Below, piece after piece: positions 1 through 13,766 of a DNA stretch of 64,000 nt (positions are counted from its first letter, which is position 1; each line of letters opens with the position of its first letter). The stretch lies in NCBI GenBank assembly GCA_028534125.1, contig CM052818.1:18540001-18604000 (forward strand), in the 5' to 3' direction. The stretch is from Lama glama (Eukaryota). The translations under genes were made by a program, and so were the position numbers. The notes under the pieces were generated by a model. It did no database searches and was not told the DNA's origin. It saw nothing but the letters and a program-made list of their open reading frames with translations.

Positions 1-761
1 AAAATATTTGCTTGTCTTTGTATGAAAAATTACCCCTTTCTTAAAAAAAAAAAAATTCCCAGCTTCTCCAAACTGGAACTGAATGAAGAACCCCTGGTGG
101 GAGGCAGGCCTGGGTGAGCCAAGTCCCAGTTCCATTCTGATTCAGGTTTCCCCTGAGATGTCCCAGCAGTTCCTGCTGCCACACCCATGCTGGCCTCAGG
201 AGAGCAGTACCTCTTTGCTGGAGAAAGCCAAAGTGAAAAGAATAAAACTAAATAAATTCTTTCACTGCCTCACAGCGCAGTTTAGAGAAGCCCAGAACCC
301 CTCAAAAAGATTTTATAGGATTGACTAGGTTTGGGGACGTAGGTGGGAAGCAGGCAGGATATGCGTACTGCGAGCCTGCTGAGGCTGTCTAGTCCCGCTC
401 CCAAGAATGAGCCAGTTGTTCAGGCTCTGAAGCCCTTCGCCATCCAGGTGGGATTCCAGAGAATCCTTGACTTCCTCCCTTCACATGCACTATCATGGCA
501 TGCACACCAGGAGCATCTTCTCCCAGACACTGAAACCCCTTAGGTCAGCAAGCTCACTGACCCTCACAAGGTCAGGCTCCCTGAGGATCAGATCATTGAG
601 AGGTGACCTCATCCTTCAGGTAAGAACCCTATGGAGGTAGAGCCTATGAAGCCCAAAACAGGATAAGTTTTTCAGCACAATAAGGTGACTTCAACATCCA
701 TATGACAAAAGAGATGCATAAGAAGGAATAGGAGGGTAGTTAATTTAAGGCAACTTGCCTC

Positions 762-921
762 AGACCAGCAGCATAAGTACCACCTGGGAAATAAAAGAAA
801 TGTATATTCTCAGTCCCAAGCCCCAATCTGCTGCATCAGAAACTCTGAGGGTGTGGTCCAGCAATCTGTGTTTTAACAAGTTCCCCAGATAATTCTGATG
901 CATGCTAAAGTTTGAGAATCA
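762..921. mobile_element. MER5A-like hAT-Charlie DNA transposon fossil
   Basis: Recognised motifs 'tcagaaactctgagggtgtggtccagcaatctgtgttttaacaagttcccca...attctgatgcatgctaaagtttgagaa'; boundaries approximate. Confidence 0.75.
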
Positions 922-2947
922 AGGTATTGCTCTCCATGGAGGATATAATCTTCAGGAAAGTAAGAAGATGTTTTAAACTTCTTTCTTCCATATAATTCTC
1001 TTCCCCACACCACCCCACCCCCCAACACACACACATACAATACCTATTTATTGCAAAAGGCAGATGTGATTAGATTAAAACCTCAAACTCTGAGACAATG
1101 TGGACAATAAACAAGATTAAGAAAAGTTTTTTGTTTGCTTTGTCTTGTCTTCAAAGAGAGGTAGAGGAAGGAATCCATGGAGAAGGATAGATGGGAGGCA
1201 CAATGTATGATGGAGTAAGACCTCAAAGGGAATGGAAAGAAAGATAAGTGTCAGATCAGAGGCGAAGGGTTAATCTTAGAAAAAGAGGGATCCCTCTGAG
1301 TCCTGGGAGAAGAAGACAGATGGGCAAAGGAAAGAGAAATTGAATGGGTTCATGTTGAAATCCTCTCTTCTTGACCATGAATGAAGTGGTAAATAGTAAT
1401 TACAAGATAGAAAATACCATGAATGACAAGTTATTGCGAGTTCATAAAAAGAAGAGAGCTGAAATTGTGAGCTAAGACTACCAGAAGAAGAGAGACGTGG
1501 TCTTGCACTAAGTTATCCACAGGATTTGACTCTGCAGAGAGAAGGGAGCTCTCTCAGTTCTGGGGGCTGGAGGAGGCAAGTACCACAGAGCATCACTGGC
1601 TCCTCAGTAGATGTTAGACTATGTTTTAATCATTCAGGCCTTGGTAGTCTTCCTTATAAGACTTCCATCTAAAGACCACTATTTGGTTAAAAAAAAAAAA
1701 AGTGAGTCATAATTGCTTATCATTGATAAGCCCACTGCTCACAAATTTTGAAAATGGCATCATCAATTGTTCAGATCCTTCCACCCCTTCCATGTTTTAC
1801 TAAAGACTTGGGTATTTAAAATCTAAAATGTGACAACAAAAATTAGCCTCCCACATGTTCACTATTTTAATTGGAGGGAAAAAAAGTAAAAGAAAAAAAT
1901 TGATTTAAAATTTTTCCTTTTCTTATTAGTTCCAGGCAAGTGGAAGGAGGGACAGAGAGGGAAAAAAAAGTCTACCTTGCCCATGATTATATAAAGATCT
2001 TTGTCTCCATGACAACAGAAAGGTTGATCGGCTTGATATGGAAACAGCTTCTGAAAAATCTGTTAGTAAGAAAATGCTAATAATAATAATGGTAACTTAT
2101 TTTTTGCATGTTGTGCCTACTGAACACAGATTAAACTTTTAGACTTTATTATAAGACACAATCTAGAGACTTTGGAAGGATAATATGTGCTGTATCCATC
2201 AGTCTAGTGTCACAGGAAGATGTTAGTCTCCTGACATCTTTCCTGAATGTCTTTCTCTTTCTCCTACATTGAGCGGAAATCAGGGTCCAGAACGGTGTTC
2301 AGTGCAGTAGAGGGATGTACCAGCGGAGGGCATGGTCCCTGTCCTTGAGGAGCCCACAATCTAGGTGGAAAGACACCCAAGAGACTGGTGTAGGGAGGGA
2401 GAGAGGCAACAAGGCACTAGGAATTCAGGGAATAGATCAATCACTACAGACTAAAATCTCCAAGGGAAGGCTTCATGGACCAAGGGTTATAAGCTGAACT
2501 TTGAAAGAGAGAAGGGAAGAAGATTCCAGGTGGAAGAAAAAAACAGGTGAGAGTAGACTAGAGATCTCCTTGCTGAGAAGCAAATAATAATGTTGAATGG
2601 TTTCTTCCCCTTTTATGCCTCTCCCCTGGTTTTTGGGGAGAATTTTTTTGTAAGGGAAAATATAAAGTCATCATGAATATTTGATTAAATTACCCAGAGA
2701 ATTATGCAAAAAGAAAAAAAAATTCCCAAGATGTAGCTCTCAACTAGCAAACCTTCAAAATCATTCTTGGTCAGTCGATTATAAAGGCATTAAGTAAAAA
2801 TCATGATTTGGAGTCACTTCCCAACAAGCCTTCCCAGTGTCCCCTCTGTCCCTCACACACATACTTTGATACCTGGTACTTACATCTACCTTTGCACATA
2901 CTCCACCATAATATAACTCTTTATTCCCTGTGTATCTTCTCTGCTAC

Positions 2948-3193
2948 AGCAGGGTTTCTCAACCTCAGGTCAATTGTCATTTGGGGTCAGATGATCATTC
3001 ATTGTAATGGGCTGTTTTGTACACTGTAGGATGTTTAGCAGCATCCCTGGCCTCCATCCACTATGTGCCAGTAGCACTATCCTCCCTAATTATAAACCAA
3101 AAAATGTCTCTAGACATTTGCCAAATGCCCCTGGTGGGGAAGGGGAGAGGGGGCAAAATCCCCACCCCATCCCACCTTGGCTTTGAATCACTG
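2948..3193 (+). mobile_element. MER20 hAT-Charlie DNA transposon fossil
   Basis: 'cagggtttctcaacctc...ctgtaggatgtttagcagcatccctggcctc...aaaaatgtctctagacatttgccaaatgcccctgg...gaatcactg' resembles the MER20 consensus as recalled. Confidence 0.8.
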
Positions 3194-4221
3194 TGCTATA
3201 GTGAGAACCACTTGAAGAGGTCTTATTCAACTCAGAATTCCCGAAGTTTCACAGGTGGTGTGATTAAAATGTCTACTGAGCTACATGATGATCAAACTGA
3301 GTAGATGGCTGAATAGGAGACATGAACCAATGCAAAAAGGAAGTGTGTATGTTAGTTAGCATGTACCACATCTAAATGTCATTTTAAAAATCTCCATCCC
3401 AGAGGATGTGAAGGCGAGGAAATGCTGTGGGTAGTGGAGGGAGGTCTCTGTGTTCTGTCGACATCCAGGTCCCAGATTTTGCAAACCCCCCCAGTCTGTC
3501 CACTGAAAGGGCCATCTAGAATAAATAGACCAGCTTCAGAGCAGCAAGACTGGAAGCTTACCTACATCAGCAGATCCCACCCAGACTGTCCTAATATTTG
3601 CTGTTTGTTTGTTTCAACTCGCTCATTAGAGAAAAATCAATCCCTGGGCCCAGAACCACTAAAATAAAACAAAACAACCACCAAGGCAGCCTAAATTGAG
3701 ACTTATTGGTTCCTGGGCCAGGATACCAGGTAGGAGTCCCCAGGACAGTGGGAAGCCTACCAAACTCTTACAAGTAGGACAGCTCGGCTCCTACCTTCGG
3801 CTTCCCTGCAGCTGAACCAACCCCCCCCCCAAATTCTGGAATTCGGAAAGCTCCCGTCCCCCCTCCCTACCCTACCTCCACAAAACAATATGAAGACACA
3901 AGGTGGAGGCTGATCTTGAACATCAGTTCTGACTCAGCTCTCTATTACCTTCAAGGTAATTCTTAAACCTGGCTGTGCTTATAAACAGACTCCCTGGGGG
4001 AAGCTTTGCAAGGGCCAGATTTTATTAGTTTAAAAATCATCCTTTTGGGGAAAGTGCATGATGGCCCCTAGTAGGACACTAAAAAGCAAGCAACAGTAAC
4101 AGAGTTCCCAAAATCTGGGTGGAAGTGTGGAGCCCAAAAGCTTCACACACAGATCCCTTTGGCATTGGACCCAGCTCTGCCCTTGGAGAGCAATAGTTCT
4201 TTGGGTTTTTTTCTGTCTTAT

Positions 4222-4721
4222 NNNNNNNNNNNNNNNNNNNNNNNNNNNNNNNNNNNNNNNNNNNNNNNNNNNNNNNNNNNNNNNNNNNNNNNNNNNNNNN
4301 NNNNNNNNNNNNNNNNNNNNNNNNNNNNNNNNNNNNNNNNNNNNNNNNNNNNNNNNNNNNNNNNNNNNNNNNNNNNNNNNNNNNNNNNNNNNNNNNNNNN
4401 NNNNNNNNNNNNNNNNNNNNNNNNNNNNNNNNNNNNNNNNNNNNNNNNNNNNNNNNNNNNNNNNNNNNNNNNNNNNNNNNNNNNNNNNNNNNNNNNNNNN
4501 NNNNNNNNNNNNNNNNNNNNNNNNNNNNNNNNNNNNNNNNNNNNNNNNNNNNNNNNNNNNNNNNNNNNNNNNNNNNNNNNNNNNNNNNNNNNNNNNNNNN
4601 NNNNNNNNNNNNNNNNNNNNNNNNNNNNNNNNNNNNNNNNNNNNNNNNNNNNNNNNNNNNNNNNNNNNNNNNNNNNNNNNNNNNNNNNNNNNNNNNNNNN
4701 NNNNNNNNNNNNNNNNNNNNN
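4222..4721. other. Assembly gap (500 N placeholder); probable location of LHCGR promoter and exon 1
   Basis: Exactly 500 N. No signal-peptide exon is visible elsewhere upstream of exon 2, and the flanks show local CpG clusters. The exon 1 placement is inference. Confidence 0.6.
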
Positions 4722-5991
4722 GCTCCACAGGAGCATATGTATTCTGTTCTGGAAGCTCCCCGTCGTGTGCGAAAAATGCAGATTTTAGCAAATCTTGCAC
4801 CAGCTATTTTTTTAAGAAGGAAATTAAAATAACCCCACCCACCAGGCAGGTGGGCTCCCTGACTCAGTGGGCAGCTTCTAGCAGCTTCTCTCCATGGTCC
4901 TCATTTACTGCCAGCTCCTGCCTCGCTGGGAGATGCCACCCACTCCTAGCCAGCAAACCACTCACAGCTGCTCTCTGTGTGGCCCTGACCTCCAGCTCTT
5001 TAATGTCACCAAATGCAAAAATGCCCAATTTACAAGTAAAACTCAACTTTCAGAATGAAGATTTTATCCCTTGCTGCTGTTAAATTTGTCCTTGACTCTG
5101 ATAAAATGAGGTGACTCCTCGGTTCATAATTCCACCTCATGAGCAGTGGCAAATAGCATTTCTGAGCCCACAGAGGTGGGGATGACAGGTATGACTAGTA
5201 TGACAGGGCTGGGGGCCCAACACAGCCTCCAAATTATCTGACTTGATCAACAGGACAAAAACTAGGCATACTTGAGTCCTAGCACCAAGTCTCCTTTCCC
5301 TAATGTGCACTGTGGGCTCAGGACAGGGATAAACCTCCGTGCTGTCTGTTAAAGGGGTGTGATGATTCTTGCCCTTGAGTAGGGCTGACTGTGGAGAAGA
5401 TAAATGAGACAGCAGAGCCAAAAGTACTCAGACATGAAAGGTTTCACGTAACTACCAAGTATTATTGTTACAATCTGATGATGCAGAGAAGACTGAAAAA
5501 CCCACAGCCCATATATGAGGTTGAACATTAAATATCCATCAACCAAGGGGCAAGCCTCATGGAATAGTTTTGTTTCTGGAAAATGTTAATTAGAGAAAAT
5601 GACCCACTAGGTCTTTTCAACCTGGAAGGTAAAGAAGTTAGAACCCCAAAGCAGCACAGCTCGTTACTGCCTGGAGTGTGATGTCCCAGGCTGAGCTGCC
5701 TCCCAAACACACCACCTAACAGCTGATAATACGCTGCTCCCTATCATTCAATTGAGTCAGCCCTGTCTGCCCAGGTAGAGCATCAAGCCTATTCTGGGTC
5801 CTTTCCCCATTCCCCATCCCTAAGCCTCTGGCTGGACACATAGAAAACCTTCAGGTCAGACTTGCTGACCACTCAGGAACTATACACTGAAATGTACAGG
5901 ACAACGTGCAGGATCCAAAGACACCGCCCATGCCCTCCAAGAGCTTACAGCCTTCCAGCCACAGGAGGAGAGAACTAGTTCTCAGATGGCG

Positions 5992-6075
5992 GCAGGGAAA
6001 TACAGACAGTGATAAAAGCCATATGAAGGTTATGCAGGGAAATACAGACAGTGATAAAAGCCATATGAAGGTTAT
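5992..6075. repeat. Perfect 42-bp tandem duplication (2 copies)
   Basis: GCAGGGAAATACAGACAGTGATAAAAGCCATATGAAGGTTAT at 5992-6033 and 6034-6075. Confidence 0.95.
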
Positions 6076-8034
6076 AAGCAAAGTCCACTGTTTAAAGGAG
6101 GGAGCTGTCCCTTCGAGCCAGAGTAAGCAAGATACTTTGGTGGAGGGATTATTTGAGCCATAGTTCTTTAAGCCTCACTTTATACAGGGGCAGGCAGGCT
6201 AACATGGTTACCCCATAAGCTCAGTCCTGGCCTTTGACACCAGCTACCAGGGAATCACTATTCAAAGCCTTCTGCTCTCTCCCTGACCACCAGGCACATG
6301 CCCTGTTTGCCTTATGGATCCTCAATGGAACAGTGAGATACTTCCCCCTAGAAACCTCGGGTGGGACTCTGATTAAGGCTTTTCTCATTTTGCAAGCACA
6401 AGAAAGCAATTCAGACAAATTGAATCATACAAGATTAACTTAATAGAAGAATAGAGGTAGAAGAATGAGAGCAAGAACCAGAGAGAATTTGGCATTTTAG
6501 CAGCAAGAGGTCAGGGGCCCTCTAGATTCCACCTTTATAATCAGTCAGCTCCAAAGACTACTGTCTGTTGTAAGTTTTAAATTCCCAAGAGGCAGAATCT
6601 GATGGCCCCACACTCCACCCCGACACAGGAACACAGGGGCCCAGTCAATGAGATGCTTCCACCCAGCTGCAACCAGCAATGAGATGCCTCCAGAGAAGGG
6701 GCATTTTTGAACAAGGCAACCACATCAATTGGTGTCTACCAGAGCTGAAGAGTTAGCGAAAAGTGAAGGCACACATGCCAGTAATTTCAGGCACTTCAAA
6801 CTCATTCCATCAAATTAATTAAAAGTATGTGGTATATCAGTTGCAATCAGCTGTAACAGGCTTACTTTTTTTAAAAAGTGTCTGGAAACAGAAGCTTATA
6901 ATGAAAGAGCTTCCTGAAGCATATCTGCAATGTCACCTCCCTGACAACATAATATTCTCTGCTTCTAAAAAATATTTTTAAGAAATCATTATAGCTGATA
7001 CAGACATTCCCTGGGGAGAATTCAACATGTAGTTTTATTTACCAGAGTCATTTTTGTCATGTAATCTTACTGCTAGAAGAAGAATTCTAGTTTAGGGGGT
7101 AAAGACTGGGTTACTTTGCTTCGTGTCTTTAGAAAACTTTAAATGGGTTTTGAGTAAGGGCTTGGATATGTTTACCATTTTCCTCTGAGGCTTTATATTT
7201 TTAATTTAGTTGCTGCATAAACAACTAAAATCCATTATCCAGGGAATCTTCTTGAAAATCTTGGTTCACATTATAATTCATAAGCTCCTCAAACCTTCTT
7301 GGGGGTTCCAGAAAGGCTGTCTTGGAGAAGAGTCACTCAAATTGCACTTTCCAATGGGAGAGTTCCAGAGGACTGAATTTTTTTAAATCAGTAAGCAAAT
7401 GATAACTCTGAAGAGTGGCTCAATAGAGTTGAAATATTTAATGGAAGGTTGTTCTTTATCATTTCCTTAAAAGGCTATCAGGCAAGGTCTGTAAGAGGTG
7501 CTGAACCCCAAAGAAAGGTACCAAGTGGGAATGCTCCCTCTCAGTTGTCCTACGTATAATTAGCAGAGAGTCAAGAGTTGGAGAAGGCACAGGCATTTTA
7601 AGGGTTACCTTGACACACAGAAGAGTCCATTCCAAAGTACTGAATCCACCCTACCCCATTCCCCAAACTACCACCCCAGGAAGTAGATTTGTCATTAGGC
7701 GTAGCTGGGGTAGCTCAAATCCTTCCCGTGAAGCAGCTGTGAATTAGAAGTACCTAATGAGCTCAAATCTTGTGCTAGATGCTGTATTAATAATACGTAC
7801 ACATTTTCTTATTTAATCTTAAAAATCTCTGTGGTGGTTGGTACCATCATCACTATACATACGTGGAATCTGGCTCCAGAGTATGTACTCTTCACTGTCC
7901 CACTCTGTTGCCTCCAGAGAGAAAGCACATGCAATTAATTGGTGGTGAAGACACACTCTGTACAGTATATAGCACCTGAGCCAGACTTTTAATCAAGGGG
8001 AGAATCTGACCAGCAGAGAAGGGTGGATGGGCCA

Positions 8035-8135
8035 TGTGTGTATTTTACACTTACAATGCATCTCAATCTGCACTGGACATATTTCAAGCACTCAATGGCC
8101 ATATGTGGCTAGTGGCTATCTTTTTGGACAGCACA
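8035..8135. mobile_element. MER33/MER3-type hAT DNA transposon terminal fragment
   Basis: 'catatttcaagcactcaatggccatatgtggctagtggctatctttttggacagcaca' terminal motif. Confidence 0.65.
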
Positions 8136-9376
8136 AGTTTAGCATATTGGTTACACGAAGGGAAGAGAGGTAACAGGACTGGCAAATGAAGCTTGAGCCT
8201 TTATTTGGGGGGCCTGGAATACAAGGCTCAGACATTTGTAGATAAGTAGACAGGCCAAGAGGAGGCACAGCAGAAATCTGAGTAGAAGAATGATGTGGTG
8301 GGAATTGTCAGGAAGATTAATCTAGACTGGGCAGAGGAAGTCCAGAACAGGGTGAGAGGAAACCAATTTGGAGAATATGAAGTGGTTGAGGTGGAGACAA
8401 GAATGGCCAGGTGGCAGTGGAAACGGAATAAAGGGCTTGGAAACAAGAGAGAGTGTGAAGGCAGAATCCACCGGAGACTGGGAGTTCAACGGTGGAACAG
8501 AGGAAACATTTATACAAGGTACTTGGTAAATTCTCAAAAGATAGTGCAGAAAAAAACTAGGTAATCATGAGTGCTGAGGAGAGAAAGAAGAAGCACTCTG
8601 GTAGGCTCTGAAGCTTCGTGGGAGAACAGGAATTTAAGGTACATCTTTGAAGTTAAAGACTGTAAGCATACGCCCCCAAGAAGCTGATGGCTCTATCAGA
8701 AGGCGAGATTTTCACAGGAGAACCAGAGGATTGTGTAGTAGGGTGTAACAGCAAACCTCCAAAGGAACACTACTGACGCGGACTAATGTAGGACATAGAC
8801 CTGTACCAGGAATGAAGTGACCTGTGTTCTAGTCCAGATCTGCTGCTTAAATGCCGCGTGGTTTCAGGAAAGTCATTTCACTTTTCCTAACTTAAGATTC
8901 TTCGTCTGTAAAGTGAGGGGTTGGACCAAACCACTTGCAAGCAGCCCTTTCACTCTGATTCCTTGAGTCTAATACAGTAAGTGCTTAAAGGAGTAGTCAA
9001 ACATCAATCAAAACCACCTGGCTGTATTCTTAAGGAATGCTACAAAATGTACTTTACATATTGGATCTCCATCTATACTGACTTCATATTTCAGTTAACA
9101 TTGACATTTCAGCTCCCTCTAGGTAAATGCTGAAGACAAGAGGCCAAGAAATGAAGACATATCCAATAATGAAGTTATCACATAAATCAATGCATTTGAA
9201 AGCACAAAGATTTAAAATCACTTGTAAAGGGGAAAGATATTTTTATTTCATTCCAAGATGAATGGAATATTATATTTATTTTATTATAATTACTGAGCTG
9301 CTTTGGGAAAAAAACACAGGAATTCTTAAGTCTCTGTTCAAAAAAGAATAAGGTCTTATGTAAGGATGAAAAAAAT

Positions 9377-9437
9377 TAACATTCTTTTAAATTTAAATAA
9401 TTTAAATAACATTCTTTTAAAATTAAATAAATTTAAA
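9377..9437. repeat. AT-rich ~30-bp imperfect tandem duplication
   Basis: TAACATTCTTTTAAATTTAAATAATTTAAA followed by TAACATTCTTTTAAAATTAAATAAATTTAAA. Confidence 0.8.
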
Positions 9438-12400
9438 TGATGTTTCCCCCTCCCACTTCTACGAATTCATTAGGTAGAAAATCTTTGACCATCCCTGGCT
9501 TCTGTCTTTTTCCCTCCCTCTGATTTTGTAGTGCTTTAAAATTCAGGGTGTGTAGCTTTAGCAACAAACAAACCATCTGTGAAAGATGGATGGATGTTTG
9601 TAGCTTTCTTAAACCGATAATATGGATGGCTTTTCTAAACAATTAAAGGGAAGTGAATAAAAATATTTCACTCTGCCATGCTGGGCAGGAGAGGTAAAGG
9701 CAAGGTAAGCAAAGATCCCACCCAGGCTTTGAGGACTCCAGACTGGTGCTGTATTTCTTCCCTGGCTTTTTTCTTCCAGCCGTGCTCAGCCTGTGGGCTT
9801 CAGAAGGTGGTCCTGCTTGGAAACCATCTGTGCACACCAAGCTCTAAAAACCCAAGGTGAGGTAGGGGAACCTACAGTTGTAATTGGCTTCTGCGATACC
9901 TGTCTTTAAAAGTAGAATGTGTCAAACTGTATTTTCCATTCACCTAGGGAGTTTGCTATTTAAAGGAACCTTTCATCAAATCCTCCTGTAGAACAAAGAA
10001 CTGTTTGATAACGCAAATATCTCCCAATGGATAGGTTTTACAAGCAAGGATTTCTAAACCTTGTGTTTCCTTGAAGGGAAACACAGAGCCCTCCTGACCT
10101 GGAAACTCTCCAGCTAACATTATTTTGAGGGTACATTAGCAACCCAGTAAGCTAGACAAACTGGCTTCTCCTAGGGTCACCTGTGTTATTAAACTTAGAA
10201 GAAGAAAAAAAAGAAGAGGGGCCCAAGCCCCAACCTTGAGACTCAAGAGACATTAGAAACAATGAAGGAGGACCTGATAATGCAGCATATCATCTTCTTC
10301 AAGGTGACTGAGTTTATCTGAATGCTATCTGCTTATCTGTGGCTGGGCTCTGACAGAAGGTGAGCTCATGGCTGGCAACAGGAGTTGGCAGAGAAGGGGA
10401 CTGAGTCAGGGGCCCAGGTGAAAGGGTTGATGGGAAGTGCTCTGAAAGCGGGATAGCCTTTCTGGTTAGTCCTACCTTGAGGCAAAAGGTTAGGCCTTTA
10501 TTCTACGTACTGACCAGTAATTGGATGCCAGCTGCCCAGGGGAGAAGACCTGATGTTGAGCAAGGTGGCAATCTTAGACTGAGGATAATTCCAGGAGAGC
10601 AACTCAGCTGAGAGCTTCAGTTGCCAACTCTCCCAGTAGCCAGAGGAATGAGTACCCCAGACCTAAATCATGATTTTGGCAGCCCACAACAGCATCCACT
10701 AGAGGAACTAACCCAACTACACTGGGTAGCCCCAACACAGGGCCCCTATCTGTGCTGGGGGCCCAGTTTGAAAGTCAGAACCCAGCAGTTGAGAGACACT
10801 GCATTGATCCTAACCAGATAGCAACTAGGAACTGTTCTGGGTCAGCAGTGTCTTCTAAGAGGCAAAAATACAGGGGTCAGGATCTGGTGATTGACAACAA
10901 GAAGGGAGGGCAGGGGCTCCCCTCCTACATGGACTCTGGGGAGACCAGGCAGGCTACAGGATAAGGAATCAAGGCAAAACTGAGTACCAATATATGGGGG
11001 GGCATGTAATTCAAGGTACTGCAGGTGCATTCCTACCCTCTGATTATTGTTGAGTTTAGTGGAGACAATGCAGAAAGACACAGGACTTCACCAGGTCATG
11101 ACCAATCACAAGATCCCAGAACTAGGGTGAGTCCTTACTTCCAATCCTAAGGAGTAGAGACTGTTTCTACGTCAACTTTAAGCCATAAGCAGAAGGTCTA
11201 GGGGATTTGCAGATGGGATTCATGAGTTGATGGGAGTTTCCAGAAGTGGTGAAACTAGGGCAGCCTTTGTCATCCAGTCTAAGTGTTTGTTTGAACATCT
11301 CTGGCAAAGGCACCTGGGTAAGGTGGAACATGGCCATAATTCAGGTATCACTTGTGTTGTATCATACATTAATTTAAAAATCAAAGTTTAAAACTGTATA
11401 AAGTTCTGTAAAATGTAATAAATATAAGCAGCTGCATGGTTCTGCATCGTGTACTTCCACAGCCATCTTGCTCACTATTCAAGAGGCAGAGAGAACTCTC
11501 CACCCTGCAAGTTCAACTTCACATTTGCCCAGTAACCTTGGTTCTTTATCACCCATCTGAGATGCATCGTTAGGTGGTGCCACCCTCTCGGGCTGAGACA
11601 GGACAGGCTCTGCCCCTCTTTGAGTTTTCTTTGCTTCATGCATAGCTTTCATTCCCTTTGTTGACCCTGGACAGCAGAGCTGCTGGACTGTCCTTGCCTT
11701 TGGCTCCCTTTCCCCCAGTCCCCCTTGGCTTCTGCTCGTTATTAAATGATACTGACTAGACCTTTCCATAAGAATCCTGAAGTTCACAAAATTCTAGGAA
11801 TACATTGTAGTCCTAACTTTTTATAAAAAAAGAAGAAAGGAAGGAAGAAAAGGAAGGATGGAGAGAAGGGAAGGCAAGAGGAACTCAATACATCAAAATA
11901 AAACCTTTTTCTTTTCCACTTGTTTCTGAGGTACAGAGAGTTAAGTTGATCATGTCTTCCTTCAGGTAACATTATCATTAAGCCATTCAAAGTCCTCTCT
12001 GGTTTTAGTTATTTATTTTATCCCCTTCTCCAACTTTCTTCAGCTCATCATAGGCCACCATCCTGATGTATATTTACAGTTTTCTAATGTCTAATGTTTG
12101 GTATGCATGTATTTAAATTCTACAAATAGTATTGTATATATATCATTAATTTCTTACTTGTTTCTCTTAGATCTAAGATTCTAAGATCCACACATGTTGC
12201 TCTGCATGCCTTAGACTCTTGCTTCTAACTGTTGATCTATTAGGCAAGTGTGCACTGTCCACATTTTACCACTCCCTCACTCACTAGTGGACACTCAGGT
12301 CCACTCCAACACCCCCTGATGCCATAATACTGTGAAGAAAATCCTTGTGCAAGTCCCCTTAAGTATCAGTGTGAGAATCCTCTGAGATGTATACAGGAGT

Positions 12401-13766
12401 AGAATTGCAGGGTTATTGAGACAACGGTTCACAATGCTAAAAGTTTCTGGCTTCATGGCAAAAATCATAGAAGCATCCATCAGAGAAGGGATTACCATCC
12501 AAGGGAGTAAAGTCAAATAGTTATCAACAAATCATGGGCCAAATGAACAAACATTTAAATACAGGAAACAGACATTTGAACACTTAGGAGCTGCTGCCAA
12601 TTGAAGCTGAATCAAAAAGGAAGACATGACATCTCTAAAAATATAAGTCAGTGGGAAAAACAGGTTGGGATTCAAAGAACCACATTCTCCATATCATTTC
12701 ATGAGAATATTTCTGTTGAGAAAAGCTCGGGGCGCCTGCCTCACCTCACCTCACCTCACTCCCCATTCTCTGACCACCCCCACCAGCCCCTCTTCCTTGT
12801 CCCAGTCACATCCACATAGCAGCCTCCTGTTCGCTCAATGGCTCTTTTATGGTGGGGACTCTATCTTCACTCTCATCACCGCTGCCTTTCCTGTGCTGTG
12901 GCCTCAACATCAACTCTGCAAAATTTCATCTTGCACCAGGGCTGATCTGCAGTCACGGGAGATGGCCAGGGCATGATCTACGGCTCCTCTCACTTCTATC
13001 CAAACTTTGCTCCTCATCCCTCATCCCTACATCAATAAAAAACGCAGGCAACTTCCCTGGTCAAATCTGAGCCAAACTGCTCTCCTGGGAGCCACACTGA
13101 GCTCCCTTTTGGGGGAGGAGACTGCCTGATGAGAGGCTCCAGCTTCTGGGCTCCATTTGCATGAATAAACAGATCTGAAGGGTTCAGTGGAAGCTTTTAT
13201 GTAAACACTCTCCAAAATATGTTCTGCACTGCATTAGCCCCAGCAATAAAGATTCGGGAATCAGAATTTGGCTGTCAGTTTTATTGATGTTGCATGGGGT
13301 ATAGTAGAATACAGCTTTCTCTTCCGAAAATTTATTGACTTGGCAGTGCAGAGGGCAATAAAACTGTGTTTTTAATCAGTAAGCCAAGCAGACATGATTC
13401 CAGAAGAAATATAGGAAGCAAACATGCCATCGGAAGAAGATTTCTCCCCCTACTGTCCCTGTTCTTCTCGGATGCTCCATTAAATAAGTTTGGGTGTTGA
13501 ACACTGTGCTTGGTAGGACTTTATTAAAAAATAAAATCAGAGGACCAAGTTTGGATTACTTGTTCTAGGTTGTACCATCTCTAAGAGACTATTGAGGGTG
13601 AAAGCATTATTCTGAAATGAAATTTCTTTGCATTAGCCCCTAGAGAGGAACCGCTGGGAAGCTTCTTTGCAGAAGGAATAGTGAGAGTGTGACATGCCTC
13701 CTCTCAAGCGAAGCAAGGTCCCAATGCCTGTCCTTTCACCTTGCTCACTGAGAGAGAGTGGGTGAC

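Noticed and set aside
4030..5083. Long ORFs (172-318 aa) across the first gap
   Set aside because: Artefacts of N runs having no stop codons.
10300..11250. GC-richer stretch with several short ORFs (similar stretch at ~57480-58880)
   Set aside because: No recognisable protein similarity or exon signals; possibly old LTR remnants, but I cannot assign them without a Dfam search.
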